Source: an uncultured Candidatus Saccharibacteria bacterium
Lineage (GTDB): Bacteria; Patescibacteriota; Minisyncoccia; UBA6257; 2-01-FULL-56-20
NCBI GenBank assembly: GCA_964513095.1
Contig: CAZELH010000001.1
Coordinates: forward strand, 1 to 33,220
Length of the DNA stretch: 33,220 nt
Direction of reading: 5' to 3'
This document shows positions 9,006 to 15,855 of this stretch, piece after piece; within the stretch, counting starts at the first letter, position 1, and each line of letters opens with the position of its first letter. The notes beneath the pieces are model-generated. The model worked only from the letters and a program-made list of their open reading frames with translations, had not been told where the DNA came from and ran no database searches. The translations under genes were made by a program, and so were the position numbers.

Positions 9006-9821
9006 TTAAGGGGTTGTGGTCGTAGTCGTCGTAGCGGTTGTCGTTGTGTTTACTGGAGGAAGAGTATTGACCCCTGGGATGCCGGCAAGTGTGGTAGCGG
9101 CGGTTCGAACAGCTTCGCGGGCAGCTTTTACCTTTTCTTGCAAAGCTTCTAAGTCAGCTTTGAGTGCATCGCGAACTTTTGAAATATCTCCTTGGAGTTT
9201 TGTTTCGGTTGAGACGGTGACCGGATAATCCTTACCAGCTTGGGCGGTAATCGCGGTACGTGCAGTAGTAATCGCGGTTTGCGCGGCAGTAATAGCAGTA
9301 CGAACTGATGCAACATCCTTACCAGCGGTTGCGGCACGATCTGTGCGAGACTGCACATTCGTTAATACTTTCTCAATTTGATCAACAGCTTTCGTAAAGA
9401 ATTCGGTTCGATTTTTGTTAATCTCCTCAAAACGCTTATCAACGCGCTCTACGATATTTTTCTTTGCTTCATCTTTGATAGCTTTCAATTTTTTCTTTAA
9501 TTCTTCACGGCGTTTTTCGATAGCGTCTTTCAATTTTGCTCGACGTTCTTCGACATTCTTTTCGAACTCAGCGCGACGATCTTCTCGCTCTTGCTTGTTC
9601 GCTTCCATCATTTCTTTACGATCTTCCCGATTTTCTTTTCGCACCTCCTGACGATCCTTCATGTTCTGTTGAATGGTCTCTTTCTTGAGTTCAACAGTGG
9701 CTTTGATGGTATCGCGACGTTCCTCAATACGAGGACGTATTGGGGTAGTTTCGGCATGTGAGTATGGGGCAACGAGGCTTGCCAAAGCAGTAGCTGCCAC
9801 TATGTATGTATATGTACGCAT
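9006..9821 (-). CDS. hypothetical secreted coiled-coil protein with poly-Thr C-terminus
   Basis: Signal-peptide-like MRTYTYIVAATALASLVAPYSHAE. Long E/K/R heptad-like region. TAIT repeats. C-terminal TTTTATTTTTTTP. Confidence 0.7.
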   Translation of the reverse strand: MRTYTYIVAATALASLVAPYSHAETTPIRPRIEERRDTIKATVELKKETIQQNMKDRQEVRKENREDRKEMMEANKQEREDRRAEFEKNVEERRAKLKDAIEKRREELKKKLKAIKDEAKKNIVERVDKRFEEINKNRTEFFTKAVDQIEKVLTNVQSRTDRAATAGKDVASVRTAITAAQTAITTARTAITAQAGKDYPVTVSTETKLQGDISKVRDALKADLEALQEKVKAAREAVRTAATTLAGIPGVNTLPPVNTTTTATTTTTTTP

Positions 9822-9920
9822 GGCTTTCAGTATAGCATAAAAGAGTCGTGCAACGTAGAGCCTAAAACCTAGAACTTAAAGCGTGCAACGGAGAGCAGGA
9901 AGCCTGATGATATTTTTATC

Positions 9921-9994
9921 TGTCATTCCGAGCTTGGCGAGGAATCCCTGCATGTAAGATAACCGTGAGATTCCTCGCCAAGCTCGGAATGACA
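9921..9994. repeat. 74-nt palindromic element (26-bp perfect inverted repeat, 22-nt loop)
   Basis: tgtcattccgagcttggcgaggaatc (9921-9946) is the exact reverse complement of 9969-9994. The same architecture occurs at 19214-19287. Confidence 0.9.
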
Positions 9995-10042
9995 AGATTC
10001 ATGACTTTTGTTTCTGCATTATTCATACTTAACGCCCCTGCT

Positions 10043-10124
10043 GTCATTCCCGCGCCACGCCCTTCCGAACCTGCCTGCTAGCCTTCATTGAAATTACGGC
10101 TTAGTAAACCGGTAGGCAGGAATC
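10043..10124. repeat. composite GTCATTCC...GGAATC unit containing the inverted 51-nt module
   Basis: The 5' part gtcattcccgcgccacgcccttccgaa resembles 11680-11706. 10070-10120 is the reverse complement of 4101-4151 (2 mismatches). It ends with ggaatc, as the other units do. Confidence 0.75.
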
Positions 10125-10171
10125 TATGCTTCTATATTTTTCTTCATACTAAATTCGCAATGCTTCAATAC

Positions 10172-10465
10172 TCAATCCGCAATTCTTTCTTCAGGTTTTA
10201 CGATTAACTCTAATTTCTTCGCTCGTGACCATCGTTTAATCTCCGCTTCTCGCTTCAGGGCATGTGAACGAGAAGGTTGTTTTTCATGGTAAACAATTTT
10301 GCGAGGGACGTGAGCAAAGACGTATCGACTTCCTGCGCCACGCGCGTGTTCGGTAAATCTTCGCACGACATCAGTGGCGATGCCGGTGTAAAGACTCCCA
10401 TCCGCGCATTCAAGGATGTACACAAAATAACTCAAATCTTTTTTTACTATCGCCGAAGAAGCCAT
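10172..10465 (-). CDS. GIY-YIG nuclease superfamily protein (UPF0213-like)
   Basis: YFVYILECADGSLYTGIATDVVRRFTEH ... ALKREAEIKRWSRAKK is the classic short GIY-YIG (URI) protein. I prefer the start at ATG 10465 (MASSAIVKK); the track start at 10540 would run deep into the upstream gene. Confidence 0.85.
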   Translation of the reverse strand: MASSAIVKKDLSYFVYILECADGSLYTGIATDVVRRFTEHARGAGSRYVFAHVPRKIVYHEKQPSRSHALKREAEIKRWSRAKKLELIVKPEERIAD

Positions 10466-10842
10466 GTGATTACCGTAGAAACGGTTCCGGTGGCAATCAT
10501 CCCCCACACCATGTCGTACACAGTAACTATTACAGGCCAATCTTTGGTAATAGCGTGACTCGTAAGATCATACGTTCCATACGCGACCAATCCAAAAAAC
10601 GCACCAATAAAAAAGACGGAGAAAAGATTTTTGTGATCCTGTATCGCGGGAGTAATGACAAAAAACAGGATTGCGCTCGCGTATAACAGATAAAAAAGAA
10701 TAACGGCAATCCAATTGGGTGTCGGTGCCATAAGATATCCGAGCCATTTTTGATAAAAGGGTTTAGCTATAACCCCCAGCCATATCCCATCAAGCACAAT
10801 CAATGCGACGAGAGTATATAAATAACCAAGAAAAATTCTCAT
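10447..10842 (-). CDS. DUF2177 family membrane protein
   Basis: LDGIWLGVIAKPFYQKWLGYLM ... FGLVAYGTYDLTSHAITKDWP ... DMVWG fits the DUF2177 pattern. About 4 TM helices. Confidence 0.7.
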   Translation of the reverse strand: MRIFLGYLYTLVALIVLDGIWLGVIAKPFYQKWLGYLMAPTPNWIAVILFYLLYASAILFFVITPAIQDHKNLFSVFFIGAFFGLVAYGTYDLTSHAITKDWPVIVTVYDMVWGMIATGTVSTVITWLLRR

Positions 10843-10857
10843 AAAAGTAGGTGTGTT

Positions 10858-11487
10858 TTAGTTGCACCCCAAAGCGGCCCGACACTGGCTACGACTTGGT
10901 TCAGGGGCGCTATTGCACGCCGTGCACTGCATTGCTTTCACGTTTGCACCGGCTCCTCCAGTAGGAGCGGTATACTCCAATTCCCCACCCATCATAGCAT
11001 TGAGATCTTGAAATTTAACACCAGCAGGAAGAGTGAATTGTGCATTGTCGCCGGACCATCCGCTACAGGAGTAATTGAGTTTTTGATTAATATCAACTGA
11101 TTGTTCTTTTGGTGATTGAGATTGCGCTTCCATCATTTTATTCATCGCAATTTGAAAGCCGGTCTCTTGTCCGTCGGTCCATACATAGCTTGTATTATTG
11201 GAAATAATCATATGACTTCCCATTGTGCGACCGCCAACGGTGGAAGTGAAATCGCCACGCATATGTCCTCCAGAAACATAGACAATCCCCGAAGATTCAG
11301 AAGTATCAAGCTTATGGGTAAATTCACATTTTTGTGAAACGCTAGAAGAAAGCAATTCTTTGAGTGTTCCTGATGTTTGCGTAATTGATGGACGCATCAT
11401 ATTCCACCCCATCGGTCGAAACACAAAAAATCCAACTCCCGCTAAAACGACCAAACCGCCAATGCCATAGAGTAATGCTTTATTCAT
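10858..11487 (-). CDS. hypothetical anchored or secreted protein with Cys-rich C-terminus
   Basis: Start at ATG 11487 (MNKALLYGIGGLVVLAGVGFFVF), with TATACT (11496-11501) 8 nt upstream. The track extension to 11550 starts at a TTG inside a repeat module. Confidence 0.65.
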   Translation of the reverse strand: MNKALLYGIGGLVVLAGVGFFVFRPMGWNMMRPSITQTSGTLKELLSSSVSQKCEFTHKLDTSESSGIVYVSGGHMRGDFTSTVGGRTMGSHMIISNNTSYVWTDGQETGFQIAMNKMMEAQSQSPKEQSVDINQKLNYSCSGWSGDNAQFTLPAGVKFQDLNAMMGGELEYTAPTGGAGANVKAMQCTACNSAPEPSRSQCRAALGCN

Positions 11488-11542
11488 ATGAAAATAGTAT
11501 AGCAAATAAAAATGGGGGTATGGTTCAATAAACTCACCACAA

Positions 11543-11780
11543 GTAGCCAATAGCCACTAGGGTTTAGAAATTTTTTCCGTCATCCCGAGTGCATACGAGG
11601 GATCTCACAACTGTTCGCGTAGCAATATTATTGGATAAGTACTAATACTTCATTATTCGTTACTCATGCTTCTTAATTTGTCATTTCCGCGCCGCGCCCT
11701 TCCGAAGCGTTACGCGAAGGAGGGAAGGTGGGAATCTATGCCGATTTCTTTGTTCACGATTTGCGTTCTAGGTTTTAGGA
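11543..11780. repeat. intergenic repeat mosaic C
   Basis: gtagccaatagccactagggtttag (11543-11567), gtcatcccgagtgcatacgagggatc (11579-11604), gtcatttccgcgccgcgcccttccgaagcgttacgcgaaggagggaaggtgggaatc (11680-11736), and ttctaggttttagg (11766-11779, the reverse complement of 9861-9874). Confidence 0.7.
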
Positions 11781-11790
11781 TTCCATTAGT

Positions 11791-11819
11791 TTGACAAATC
11801 AGTATAAATATGCTATTAT
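11791..11819 (+). promoter_or_regulatory. sigma70-like promoter of paralog 1
   Basis: TTGACA (11791-11796), 17 nt, TATTAT (11814-11819). Confidence 0.55.
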
Positions 11820-11837
11820 ATAGAAAGCAATACATGA

Positions 11838-11873
11838 GGGACGATTCCCCTTGTAAACGCTGGTAAAACCAGC
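11838..11873 (+). promoter_or_regulatory. conserved 5'-leader element, copy 1
   Basis: gggacgattccccttgtaaa (11838-11857) is identical to 12622-12641. One nt later comes the hairpin GCTGG taaaa CCAGC (11859-11873). Confidence 0.5.
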
Positions 11874-11901
11874 AACTTCCCAATTGCTATAGGAGGAAAG
11901 T

Positions 11902-12483
11902 ATGTTTGATACAATCGTCGATCAATTGCTCAATTCCCTGCCACATGTTTTTTGTGGCCTTCTCATCATGATGGCAATCGCCGCGATGATTATGACGACC
12001 TTAAACCGTCGTCAAAAACAGGCTGCGAAGCGCCGGCTCGACGATGAGGAAAAAGCAAAAAAAGAACGGCGAGATTTGCAAGTGAAATTGGGCAATGAAG
12101 CCCTAGATCGGTTTCGAGAAGCCGCTCGGAAAAATACCCACTGCAACATCCTTCCAAGCGGAAGGATCGCAGAAAACATCGGAACGATTTCTATTGTTCC
12201 AATGCCAACCAACGGAACAGCAGGGTACTCAATTCTTCCGTTTATGAGAGATGATAAGAGCATAAATGGAAGAATTGAGATTTTTCAATTGGATATTAAT
12301 TTGGACAAAAAAGGTGAAGAGATTCACGTTTTTGGGTGCCCATATGGCCCAGAACATAAATATCCTATTGATTCATATACAGAGGTTATTTCTAACCTCT
12401 GTGAAGAATTGCGATATTTTTCGCCATTTCCCGAAACCGAAGAACTGTTTCGGGCGGGAAAATTGAAAAAAATCGCCGGCTAG
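11902..12483 (+). CDS. hypothetical single-pass membrane protein, paralog 1 (193 aa)
   Basis: SD AGGAGG (11891-11896). N-terminal TM, a charged coiled segment and a globular C-domain. It aligns with the 12691 product (YSILPFM/YAILAFM, IFQLDINL/IFRLEINL, NLCEELRYF/DLCETVRTY). Confidence 0.75.
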   Translation: MFDTIVDQLLNSLPHVFCGLLIMMAIAAMIMTTLNRRQKQAAKRRLDDEEKAKKERRDLQVKLGNEALDRFREAARKNTHCNILPSGRIAENIGTISIVPMPTNGTAGYSILPFMRDDKSINGRIEIFQLDINLDKKGEEIHVFGCPYGPEHKYPIDSYTEVISNLCEELRYFSPFPETEELFRAGKLKKIAG

Positions 12484-12525
12484 GTAACGCTGGCCGAGGG
12501 GTTAAAATCCTCCCACCCCAAACAT

Positions 12526-12555
12526 GGTCGCCCCTAACAAGGCGACCGTTTTTTT
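12526..12555 (+). terminator. rho-independent terminator
   Basis: GGTCGCC cctaacaa GGCGACC g TTTTTTT. Confidence 0.85.
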
Positions 12556-12575
12556 ATACAAACACCGCATAATTG

Positions 12576-12604
12576 TTGACTGTCATGAATTTTTGTGATA
12601 TTAA
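12576..12604 (+). promoter_or_regulatory. sigma70-like promoter of paralog 2
   Basis: TTGACT (12576-12581), 17 nt, TATTAA (12599-12604). Confidence 0.5.
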
Positions 12605-12621
12605 GTAAACAGCACTACAAC

Positions 12622-12659
12622 GGGACGATTCCCCTTGTAAAAGATCGGAATATCCGATC
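12622..12659 (+). promoter_or_regulatory. conserved 5'-leader element, copy 2
   Basis: gggacgattccccttgtaaa (12622-12641). One nt later comes the hairpin GATCGGA ata TCCGATC (12643-12659), followed by attttaaatt. Confidence 0.5.
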
Positions 12660-12690
12660 ATTTTAAATTCAATACATAGGAGAAAAAAGT

Positions 12691-13263
12691 ATGCCTTTTA
12701 GTGTCTCAATGTTTGCATGGATAGTGCTGATTGCGCTAATAGCAGCCTTCATCACCAATTTCGTGGTTCGCGGTATGCGACAAAATATAGAAATTCAAAA
12801 TCAGCGCGAAAAAAGAGAGCTAGAAAAACAGCAACAACGGTTGCAGAATGATTTCGGTGATAATGCAATTGCCGAATTGAGAAAGGCCGCTTCTGATAAT
12901 AAAGTCGCCCGCGTATTATCATCTGGAGTGCGGTCAACCGAAGTGCTTGGACCGTATATTTCTTCAGAAATTGATCACGAAGAAAAAAATAGCCCGTACG
13001 CAATCCTTGCGTTTATGACCGATACGAAGACGCCAGACAGACAGCACCTGATATTCCGATTGGAGATCAATCTAAAAGGAAATATCGATGAGCAAGTGCG
13101 CGTTTTGTATGGACCATATTACGACAATAGAGAAGAATTTTTTGGCGTAGGCGTTTTCTACAACGTGCTAAACGATTTATGCGAAACAGTACGCACCTAC
13201 CGCCATTTTCGCAGGAGTGGTCGAATTGCTCGGAGCGCAAAAAAGCCCGAGATAGTTGGCTAA
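12691..13263 (+). CDS. hypothetical single-pass membrane protein, paralog 2 (190 aa)
   Basis: SD AGGAG (12678-12682). Same architecture as the 11902 product. Confidence 0.75.
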   Translation: MPFSVSMFAWIVLIALIAAFITNFVVRGMRQNIEIQNQREKRELEKQQQRLQNDFGDNAIAELRKAASDNKVARVLSSGVRSTEVLGPYISSEIDHEEKNSPYAILAFMTDTKTPDRQHLIFRLEINLKGNIDEQVRVLYGPYYDNREEFFGVGVFYNVLNDLCETVRTYRHFRRSGRIARSAKKPEIVG

Positions 13264-13284
13264 TCCTATTCTTGAAATTACCAC

Positions 13285-13313
13285 AGTCGCCTCTCGCAAA
13301 GGCGACTTTTTTT
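13285..13313 (+). terminator. rho-independent terminator
   Basis: AGTCGCC tctcgcaaa GGCGACT followed by T7. The T-tract overlaps the stop codon of the convergent gene at 13312. Confidence 0.85.
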
Positions 13314-13833
13314 ACAATATTCGGCTATCGTATGCCCAGTGTAATAAGGCTTGACGCTGACGTGGTCGACACGACACATCTCCCGCGCGACAATGCTTTT
13401 TTAGCTGTCCGATATGTCGGGCTATCGCTCGCCAACGCGCAATTTGGCGTGCGTCTTCATGAGGAATTCGTCGACCCATATAGTATCGACAGTACCACTG
13501 AAACCATCCGCGCGGATCTTCGCCGTAAATCCACCCTTTCTTTTTCCAATACGACAGTGGCGCGCTCGCGTTTATTTTAAAATAATTGCATTGCGGATCA
13601 TGAAAATCCGAATTCAATTTTGCACGGACAAACCATGATTTTGGAAATTCTTTTTTGCAATCAGTCATATACTTCCCGCCAAAAACACCCAACGCGAGCA
13701 TTTCTTTGGGTGTTAAATCGGGGGTAAAAAGGGGGTCAAACGATTTCCCTGCCGGAGCCACCAAATCGTATCGATAATTTTTTTGCATTCGGTCATTCAC
13801 AGTCACCGTTTTATAGAACCCTCGTTTTTTCAT
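13312..13833 (-). CDS. conserved hypothetical protein, Trp/Arg/Cys-rich (174 aa)
   Basis: Start preferred at ATG 13833 (MKKRGFYK), 8 nt after the upstream stop. Distinctive motif DPRGWFQWYCRYYMGRRIPHEDARQIARW. I cannot name a family. Confidence 0.7.
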   Translation of the reverse strand: MKKRGFYKTVTVNDRMQKNYRYDLVAPAGKSFDPLFTPDLTPKEMLALGVFGGKYMTDCKKEFPKSWFVRAKLNSDFHDPQCNYFKINASAPLSYWKKKGWIYGEDPRGWFQWYCRYYMGRRIPHEDARQIARWRAIARHIGQLKKHCRAGDVSCRPRQRQALLHWAYDSRIL

Positions 13834-13841
13834 AGAAAAAA

Positions 13842-14432
13842 TTACATTGGCCGACCAGCAAATTGCCACAATTTAATCGCCTCAAATGGATAAATAAGCA
13901 TCACTACGTTGAGTGTTAAATTGTCTCGCACCCACAAAAGCGTTGCAATTTCCATAATAATAATCGCCGTTACCGTTACTGATGGTTTTGCAAAATAAGA
14001 CCAAGCAAATCCTCCCGCAACCATTACAATATCGCTCAACGAATTAAATATGCTATCTCCTACATATCCTTGAGCAATTGTTGCCTCGCGGTAGCGATTA
14101 ATAATAAGCGGAGAGTTTTCAAGAAGTTCCCAGCACGCCTCCAATGCGAGCGCGCATACAAAGCGATATTTTATAGGCATCTTTCGCGCAACTAGCCACA
14201 AAAACCAGTAGAAAATCATGCCATGGATGATATGCGAAAAAGAATACGGATCGGCAAATCGTTGCGATTGTTCACTGCTCCAGATATTCCCTTCCCATAA
14301 ACCAAATTTTCCATCCGGTCCCAAGGGAAGTCGTCCCATAAAAAATTCGAGAAAACCCGTAATGAGAAACACGGCAAGCGTTCCGATAATTACCCATCGA
14401 TACGTTCGTAAAAAATTTAAAAAAGTATTCAT
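13842..14432 (-). CDS. DUF2585 (UPF0314) family membrane protein
   Basis: WSSEQSQRFADPYSFSHIIHGMIFY ... ACWELLENSPLIINRYREATIAQGYVGDSIFNSLSDI ... LTLNVVMLIYPFEAIKLWQ closely follows the UPF0314 pattern. Confidence 0.85.
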   Translation of the reverse strand: MNTFLNFLRTYRWVIIGTLAVFLITGFLEFFMGRLPLGPDGKFGLWEGNIWSSEQSQRFADPYSFSHIIHGMIFYWFLWLVARKMPIKYRFVCALALEACWELLENSPLIINRYREATIAQGYVGDSIFNSLSDIVMVAGGFAWSYFAKPSVTVTAIIIMEIATLLWVRDNLTLNVVMLIYPFEAIKLWQFAGRPM

Positions 14433-14438
14433 AGCTCG

Positions 14439-15011
14439 TTATTTCATATGTCTTCTGCGCCATGCATCTCCTAAAAGATCAAGTAAAAAACTAAGGAGTA
14501 AACTAATGCCAAGACCAAGCGCGGTGATGGTGTTGAGTTGTTGGACACGAGACTCGACTTCACGCATATTTCGTCCTGAAGCAATAAACCACCCACTAGC
14601 ATTTCCCGCGGGGCGTACTACCAACGCGATGCGTGTGGTGGCGTTTGGTTGCCACGTTACTCTGTCCTCGCCATGTTCTTTTGCGTACTCAAACACTCCA
14701 ACTGGTGGTTTTGGCGGAGCATTTCGCAGATATCCAGATGATTCGAGTGGGACTCCATTGGCATCATAAACGGCCACAAATGGCTGTAAATTTTTTTCTA
14801 TATCAAATAAATCGCTACGCCCCACCACTTCAACTGGTTGTGCGCCAGCAGAAAGCTTTATCTGTCCATCGGTAACGAGTTGAATTTGCGGATCATTCAG
14901 TGATGTGCGGTATGCTTGATGAATTGCAACGTATCCAAATCCAAAAAAAGTAATAGTTGCCACACCCAAAGGAAGCCAGTGAAAAAAAACATGGAGCAAT
15001 TGTTTTTTCAT
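14439..15011 (-). CDS. hypothetical protein with N- and C-terminal TM helices (190 aa)
   Basis: AAGG lies 4 nt before the ATG. Hydrophobic helices at both ends flank a domain of about 130 aa. No family recognised. Confidence 0.65.
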   Translation of the reverse strand: MKKQLLHVFFHWLPLGVATITFFGFGYVAIHQAYRTSLNDPQIQLVTDGQIKLSAGAQPVEVVGRSDLFDIEKNLQPFVAVYDANGVPLESSGYLRNAPPKPPVGVFEYAKEHGEDRVTWQPNATTRIALVVRPAGNASGWFIASGRNMREVESRVQQLNTITALGLGISLLLSFLLDLLGDAWRRRHMK

Positions 15012-15023
15012 ATACCTTATATT

Positions 15024-15815
15024 CTAGATGGTATTGGGGATTTCAACCAGATGAGATTCTCCGGTGGCAAGACTGACAACGCATGCGGTATGATTGGGAA
15101 TTTCTTCCCACGTGATATCGGGTACGGCAAGAGATTGAGAAGAAATGAGCACTGTTTCACCCGTAGTATTTTTTCCCTGAAAAAGGGTGTAGTACGCGTC
15201 GCATAAATTTTTATTTTTCACATCTTCATTCTGTTCATTCACCTCGCGCAGTGCAATTAAAAAATTTCCATCAGACATAAGGATGTTTGCGGCAGTGTAG
15301 CGCATCTGACGTATGTGCTTAATTCCTTCAAAAAAACCTTTCAAAAAATCTTTCCGTTGCTCAATGATTTCAAGAAGCCACAAAAATACTCGTTCAGAAT
15401 CGCTCTGCCCCTTTTGGTATAAGCTATAGGGCTCAGTAAGAGCAAGAGATTCATAGTCCATAATCGTGCCATTATGGCAAAAGCTGTACTGTCCAAAGGA
15501 ATATGGATGAGTATTTTCAAGCGCCACCGATCCTCGCGACGCTTTTCGCAAATGCCCCAGTACAAGCACGGGATTCACCAACCCAATGACATCACAAAAC
15601 GCGCGGTAGGCAGGATTTTCAAATGCGCTCGATGGGTCTTTTTTTACCAGCAAACTACTATCGGGGTTATAAACGGCAAATCCCCAACCGTCGGTGTGCC
15701 CCGCAGAAGCTCCAGCGGGCACTACCCCGCTATGCGCTAACTCACCAAATTGCGCAAGTGTCGTTTTTACTAATTCCGGATTTCGCGGTTCAATAATTGC
15801 CAATAATCTACACAT
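15024..15815 (-). CDS. class II (Ntn-type) glutamine amidotransferase, YafJ-like
   Basis: MC at the N-terminus (Cys nucleophile after Met removal), HLRKASRGSVALENTHPY, and HNG in FCHNGTI. Confidence 0.8.
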   Translation of the reverse strand: MCRLLAIIEPRNPELVKTTLAQFGELAHSGVVPAGASAGHTDGWGFAVYNPDSSLLVKKDPSSAFENPAYRAFCDVIGLVNPVLVLGHLRKASRGSVALENTHPYSFGQYSFCHNGTIMDYESLALTEPYSLYQKGQSDSERVFLWLLEIIEQRKDFLKGFFEGIKHIRQMRYTAANILMSDGNFLIALREVNEQNEDVKNKNLCDAYYTLFQGKNTTGETVLISSQSLAVPDITWEEIPNHTACVVSLATGESHLVEIPNTI

Positions 15816-15821
15816 AGATAC

Positions 15822-15850
15822 AGTATAGTCGCCAACAAAAACTATGTAAA
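15822..15850 (-). promoter_or_regulatory. promoter giving a leaderless GATase-operon mRNA
   Basis: On the - strand: TTTACA (15845-15850), 17 nt, TATACT (15822-15827), then only 6 nt to ATG 15815. Confidence 0.5.
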
Positions 15851-15855
15851 AATAG

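Noticed and set aside
9847-10184. A possible CRISPR array in the repeat-rich intergenic regions
   Set aside because: The repeats are inverted or mosaic rather than regularly spaced direct repeats with unique spacers. No cas genes are present.
10858-11550. N-terminal extensions in the track: 11550 for the 10858 gene, 10540 for GIY-YIG, 16572 for gpmA and 20982 for the copper-cluster gene
   Set aside because: The extensions begin at non-ATG codons or run into repeats, promoters or upstream genes. The internal ATGs have better context.
11834-11866. A 10-codon leader peptide (MRDDSPCKRW*) overlapping the conserved leader core of paralog 1
   Set aside because: The paralog-2 leader has the same core but no ATG in any matching frame. 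Conservation therefore does not act at the peptide level.
14218-14769. 183-aa + strand ORF
   Set aside because: It lies antisense across two well-supported - strand genes (DUF2585 and the 14439 gene). Its product is Arg/Ser/Pro-rich, typical of a shadow frame.
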